Of a DNA stretch of 64,000 nucleotides, positions 60,310 through 64,000 are shown in pieces (position 1 is the first letter of the stretch; each line of letters starts with the position of its first letter). The position numbers and the translations under genes are program-made. Source of the stretch: Acidobacteriota bacterium (GTDB lineage: Bacteria; Acidobacteriota; CAIWXX01); the NCBI GenBank assembly GCA_040755995.1, contig JBFMAF010000011.1:32001-96000 (forward strand). Reading direction: 5' to 3'. The notes beneath the pieces are model-generated. The model made no database searches. It had not been told where the DNA came from and was given only the letters and a program-made list of their open reading frames with translations.

Positions 60310-60643
60310 GGTGGTGGGCGATAGCCCCACCGAGGAACGACTGTGCCCTGCGAAGAAGTTGTTGCTGGTGAAGGGCTACGGCCTCAGTTCATTGTCGAAC
60401 CGGACCAAGGCGACCGTGTTTGCATTCTGTCGAGGATAATCGCACAATCGCAGGAATGCGAAAGTGTGAACAGGCATCAAATTAGGGGGAGGCGGCCGAC
60501 TTTTCCCAGTTTGCGTATTCTGAGTAGAGTCGACGGCTCGCGGCTGCTCAGAAGGCGGGGGGGATGCTAGTCCATTGCCGCCATGACGATCGTCGCTCCT
60601 AGGCGATCCTGCCGAGCCCTTTTCTTTCGCGGGACATCCACAA

Positions 60644-61549
60644 CTACTTGTAGTTGACGCTGACCAACGCGTGAAACGGCGTGCGCTTGCCAGTGGTGGG
60701 ATCTCGGGTCTCCACGTAAATTGCGGCATGGTTAGCGCAACACGCGAGAGGACCGAGGATGTTGATAGTCTGTCCCTTCGGGACCCTCTCACTGACGCGC
60801 TTCCGGACCTGATCGATGATGGATGCGATCAACGCGCCGCCCTGATAGATTCGCAAATCGCCTGTCATTTCTCCGCCTAGGCCTCCGGTGCCCACAGCCA
60901 TGGGCACAAGCAAGGAATCGTTTGGAAGCAACCCCATCGAGCCTGTGACTAACTCCCGGCCGTCGACCAACTGCGGTATGCCAGTGGACTGGAGGGTACC
61001 GTCTGCCTGGAAAACGCCATAGGTGCGTGGGTCGAGGGGGTGCACACGAAGCAAGTTCCTCTGTGGGAGATCCATGTTACCCACGACGTGTACCACTCCG
61101 TCTGGATCCACGCGAAAAAGATGCGAGACTCTCATCGGTGGCAAGGTCCGGTCCCAACGGTACCGTCCGTTGCTGTCGGCACACACGACCCGGGGGGCAG
61201 ATTCGGACCGATCCAGAAGATATCGCTCACCGGTCTGATCGACATAGCTCGAAAGGCCCCGATACAATTTGAGCATGTCAGCCTCAGAGCAGTGGTAACT
61301 GCTGAAGCCAGGAATGAATTCCTGAGAGTTCCCATCCCTCAGGTTAAACATGCGGACGTCTACTCCGAACGATTCGGCGGAGGGGTAGTACATGGCTGCT
61401 ATGAGCTGATCGGAGGCAGTGAGCAGTGGGTTCCCCCATGCCGTCGATGTAGAGATAGACCAGAAGCCCAGGACGGTGACGTCTTGGGCGAAGCAGGGTG
61501 GTGTTCCCAGCGCCAGCGCCAGAGCCAAGACACATACAGCACGTCTCAT
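60644..61549 (-). CDS. Secreted hypothetical protein (possible beta-propeller)
   Basis: AGGAGG RBS, clear signal peptide, beta-rich composition. Confidence 0.75.
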   Translation of the reverse strand: MRRAVCVLALALALGTPPCFAQDVTVLGFWSISTSTAWGNPLLTASDQLIAAMYYPSAESFGVDVRMFNLRDGNSQEFIPGFSSYHCSEADMLKLYRGLSSYVDQTGERYLLDRSESAPRVVCADSNGRYRWDRTLPPMRVSHLFRVDPDGVVHVVGNMDLPQRNLLRVHPLDPRTYGVFQADGTLQSTGIPQLVDGRELVTGSMGLLPNDSLLVPMAVGTGGLGGEMTGDLRIYQGGALIASIIDQVRKRVSERVPKGQTINILGPLACCANHAAIYVETRDPTTGKRTPFHALVSVNYK

Positions 61550-61558
61550 CGTGACCTC

Positions 61559-61849
61559 CTACTCCGGAATACAGTCCTCTTTCGCGACGCAGAGATACCA
61601 TAGCCAACAGATATCGGTGTCCGGCGTTCCACCGCCACAGTCGATCTGGATTTTGCAGTTCCTGCATCTCTTCAAGGTGGCTCGGTCACCACTCCAACAG
61701 TCCATCATCGACGTCAACGCCCCACAGCAAGGTATGACAAAGATGCCCGGGGCAATGGCGCATGGAAGAGGGGGTGCATATACGTTACCCACGGTCAAAA
61801 GTAATGATCCCAACACAAGGATCGTGATGATCACCGAACGGTTACTCAT
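61559..61849 (-). CDS. Small secreted Cys-rich protein (10 Cys)
   Basis: GGAGG RBS, signal peptide ending VYA, 10 Cys in the ~70-aa mature region. Confidence 0.75.
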   Translation of the reverse strand: MSNRSVIITILVLGSLLLTVGNVYAPPLPCAIAPGIFVIPCCGALTSMMDCWSGDRATLKRCRNCKIQIDCGGGTPDTDICWLWYLCVAKEDCIPE

Positions 61850-62196
61850 TTGCGCCTCCATGTGAACAGCCTGGGTTTCAATATACGCCCTCCACGGACC
61901 CACCTCAAGCCAGTTCTTTCCTCTTCCTCCTTCCCTCCGAGCGTACGCGCAGCTCCTCGGCCATGTCTTGATGATGGGGTGGCTGTTCTATCGTCTCTCT
62001 CAGCACACAACCCTTCTCAGAAGAGCGGATTGTGGTGAAGTCGCCCGGGTAGGCTCCGTGAAACGGCGAAAAAGGCCAATGAAAACGCATGCCCGGGCCT
62101 GCCCGAAGGCCTCGACTTTACCCATTTCCGAGGAGCTCGTGCCGAAGAGATCCGCGGCGATCGGCGCTAGGTCGCGGTCGGCGGCCGGCCACAACA

Positions 62197-62227
62197 AGTC
62201 CGTGCCATGCCTCTGCCTGGCTCTCTC
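62197..62227 (-). repeat. Right arm of the 31-bp inverted repeat
   Basis: agtccgtgccatgcctctgcctggctctctc. Confidence 0.92.
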
Positions 62228-62560
62228 AGGTGGTTCTGTATTGTGCCAGTGGAACCACCCAGGACAATTGACCACCGAGCGTTTGGCACAACTTCGTGTC
62301 TGCCGTTACGAAGGTCGCCTTGAGGGACTCGGCCAGTGCCAGGTTTGTGACGTCATAAATCGTGGGGCGATCGAAGGTCTGGGCCGGCTCGAGAATTCCG
62401 GGAATCAGTGATCGCGTGTCATGGAGAGTAACTTTGAGCTGCTCGAAGTCATGCCAGAACCGCCGGACCTGCTCCACACCAATTCGAGGGGCCTGACCTG
62501 CTTTCCCCTTTACGCCGCGGTAAACACCGTTGAGCAGTTCGGAAGTGACAAGGTGAGGAC
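62226..62560 (-). pseudogene. VapC/PIN toxin remnant lacking its N-terminus
   Basis: P.LVTSELLN, TIYD..LALAE.LKATFVTADTKL. Confidence 0.65.
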
Positions 62561-63210
62561 CGTGCGGCTCGATCTTCCCTTGCGTTAAAGGCGCGGATTC
62601 ACATTCCCGAGATTGCACTACACGCGTAGAAAGACATGAAGCTCCTCTGTAGTATGGCGGCCGGGGCCTTTCACGGCCGCAGGCCCGACTTGAACATCCG
62701 CAAGACTACCGGGTAGTATCTGGTTGAGGAGCCACGAAATGCAGCCTCTTGTCATGACGAGAGTCGCGAGGAACGCCACGATTCCCATCCCGGCCCGGTT
62801 CAGGAACAGGAAGATAAGCCTCTTCCGCCGAATTTGTGGGTCCTTTCCGGCTGCCAGAGACGCTTGGAGCCTCTCCCACAGCATGTCTCGCCTGGTGTCT
62901 GAGCTTCGTTGGTTCTGGATCCGAATATTCCGAGCGTTCGCCCACGGCGCCGACCTCAGTCCAAGGGCCTCCAGGCCCCTCTCTACCCCGCGGGGGGCTG
63001 TGGTTCAGGTCCGAAATCACCCACAAATTTAGCCGAAGACCCGAAGATAAGGATCTTCATTTTCGATGTGGGCGATGATGCGGTCCGGGATCGGGGGAGG
63101 ATCAAGAAGTTGAAGTTTCGAATAGACCGGCGAGCGAAGGACGTGGTGCCGTTCTCGGACGTCGCCGACACGGCCGCCTTTGCCAGAGAGCTGCGTCGCA
63201 GGTTCTCCAG

Positions 63211-63380
63211 GTGATTCTCGTCGATACCTCTGTGATGATCGACTATCTCAGGGGCGATGACGACACAACAAGGCGGCTGATGCTGTCGTCGCAGCCACGG
63301 CTGCCTCCCACGACATCCCGCTCTGGACGCTCAATCGCAAAGGCTTCGAGCACGTCAAGGCGCTCGCGCTCTTCGACTGA
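63211..63380 (+). pseudogene. VapC/PIN toxin with internal deletion and frameshift, preceded by an antitoxin-like tail
   Basis: MILVDTSVMIDYLRG, then in another frame ADAVVAATAASHDIPLWTLNRKGFEHV; GTGA overlap with ...DTAAFARELRRRFSR*. Confidence 0.7.
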
Positions 63381-63714
63381 GGCCTGATCGAACGGGGCGT
63401 GCAGCGCCCGACCGAAGTCTAAGGCGCCCGGTGTAGTCGGCTGCGTCGACTGACCTGACCCTCGGCCCGCCGTTGCTCGGCGCAGGGCACGGCAGGGTCA
63501 AGTCACCCGCCCCGGGGCACTGGAGCCCGCGGGCCCGGCATGCTGCGGTCGTGGTGCTCGCGCCCACCACGCGGAGACCCTGTCAGGGAGTGGACACGGA
63601 GAGCGGAGCGTGATTTCTCTACCCGCTCTCCGTGTCCTTGCGCCACAGCGTCTCCCTCCACGGCCGTGTGCCCGCCGGCATGGTAGATCGGTTCCGTTCT
63701 ACGAATCTACAGAC

Positions 63715-63897
63715 GTTGCAATCCCTTCATTGGCCTTTCGTAGCTCGGCTGGCTGGACGATGCACATGGGTCGGCTGGCTGTTCGAGAGTCGCAATCCCT
63801 TCATTGGCCTTTGGTAGTTCGGCAAGACGACCTGGTGCAGGACATGATCGAGGTTCTTGAGTCGCAATCCCCTGGTTCCCCTTTCGTACCCCCACCC
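63715..63897 (+). CRISPR. Degenerate CRISPR-like mini-array: 3 repeats (~37 bp), 2 spacers; no cas genes in window
   Basis: Repeat starts at 63715, 63789, 63861 (periods 74, 72); consensus GTCGCAATCCCTTCATTGGCCTTTSGTAGYTCGGC; third copy decayed; unique 37- and 35-nt spacers. Confidence 0.7.
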
Positions 63898-64000
63898 ATC
63901 GAGCATGCCGGCGGGGTGGCCGCGCTCATCAAGAAGTCGCATTGATTCAAAGCCTTTCTCGGGTCGAGCCCGTCTGCTGATTATGATCCTTCCCCGGCCT

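Noticed and set aside
63641..63680. Possible fourth CRISPR repeat one period upstream
   Set aside because: Only a weak gapped match (tccctccacggcc), not distinguishable from chance
57270..64000. Integron cassette array
   Set aside because: No intI and no convincing RYYYAAC...GTTRRRY attC pairs found by eye

Overview
GC-rich bacterial chromosome segment. The gene content (split atp operon, OPT transporter, DUF2911, S9 peptidase) suggests Acidobacteriota or a similar lineage; this is inference only. Core blocks: SSS transporter, DUF2911, pirin and GT4 (1-4.3 kb); a membrane His-rich protein plus heptaheme cytochrome c; scoAB, prmA, OPT and S9 peptidase (15-22.5 kb); atpF'FHAGDC; wzm/wzt/rfaE2 followed by a hypothetical, CapK-like ligase and radical SAM trio; dsbD; a complete group 3b [NiFe] hydrogenase operon running into a response regulator and GAF kinase; CBM48-galT; a Tat-exported GH9. 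Three accessory regions are rich in fragments. (1) A type I R-M locus (7.5-15.3 kb) in which the hsdM 3' end with its coupled start codon occurs three times, each copy heading a different gene, and with broken tcmP, hsdR and radC. (2) A ~9.4 kb insert bounded by two ~95%-identical copies of the GH9 3' end, holding a dCTP-deaminase fragment, an ECF sigma/anti-sigma pair whose promoter-like sequence recurs before an M36/M4-type peptidase, and an OMP. (3) A toxin-antitoxin remnant region (60-64 kb) with a 31-bp inverted repeat around a Cys-rich peptide and partner gene, ending in an orphan 3-repeat CRISPR-like mini-array. A 12-bp-periodic DnaA-box-like cluster lies at 18.2 kb. All calls come from reading the sequence by eye; no database searches were run.
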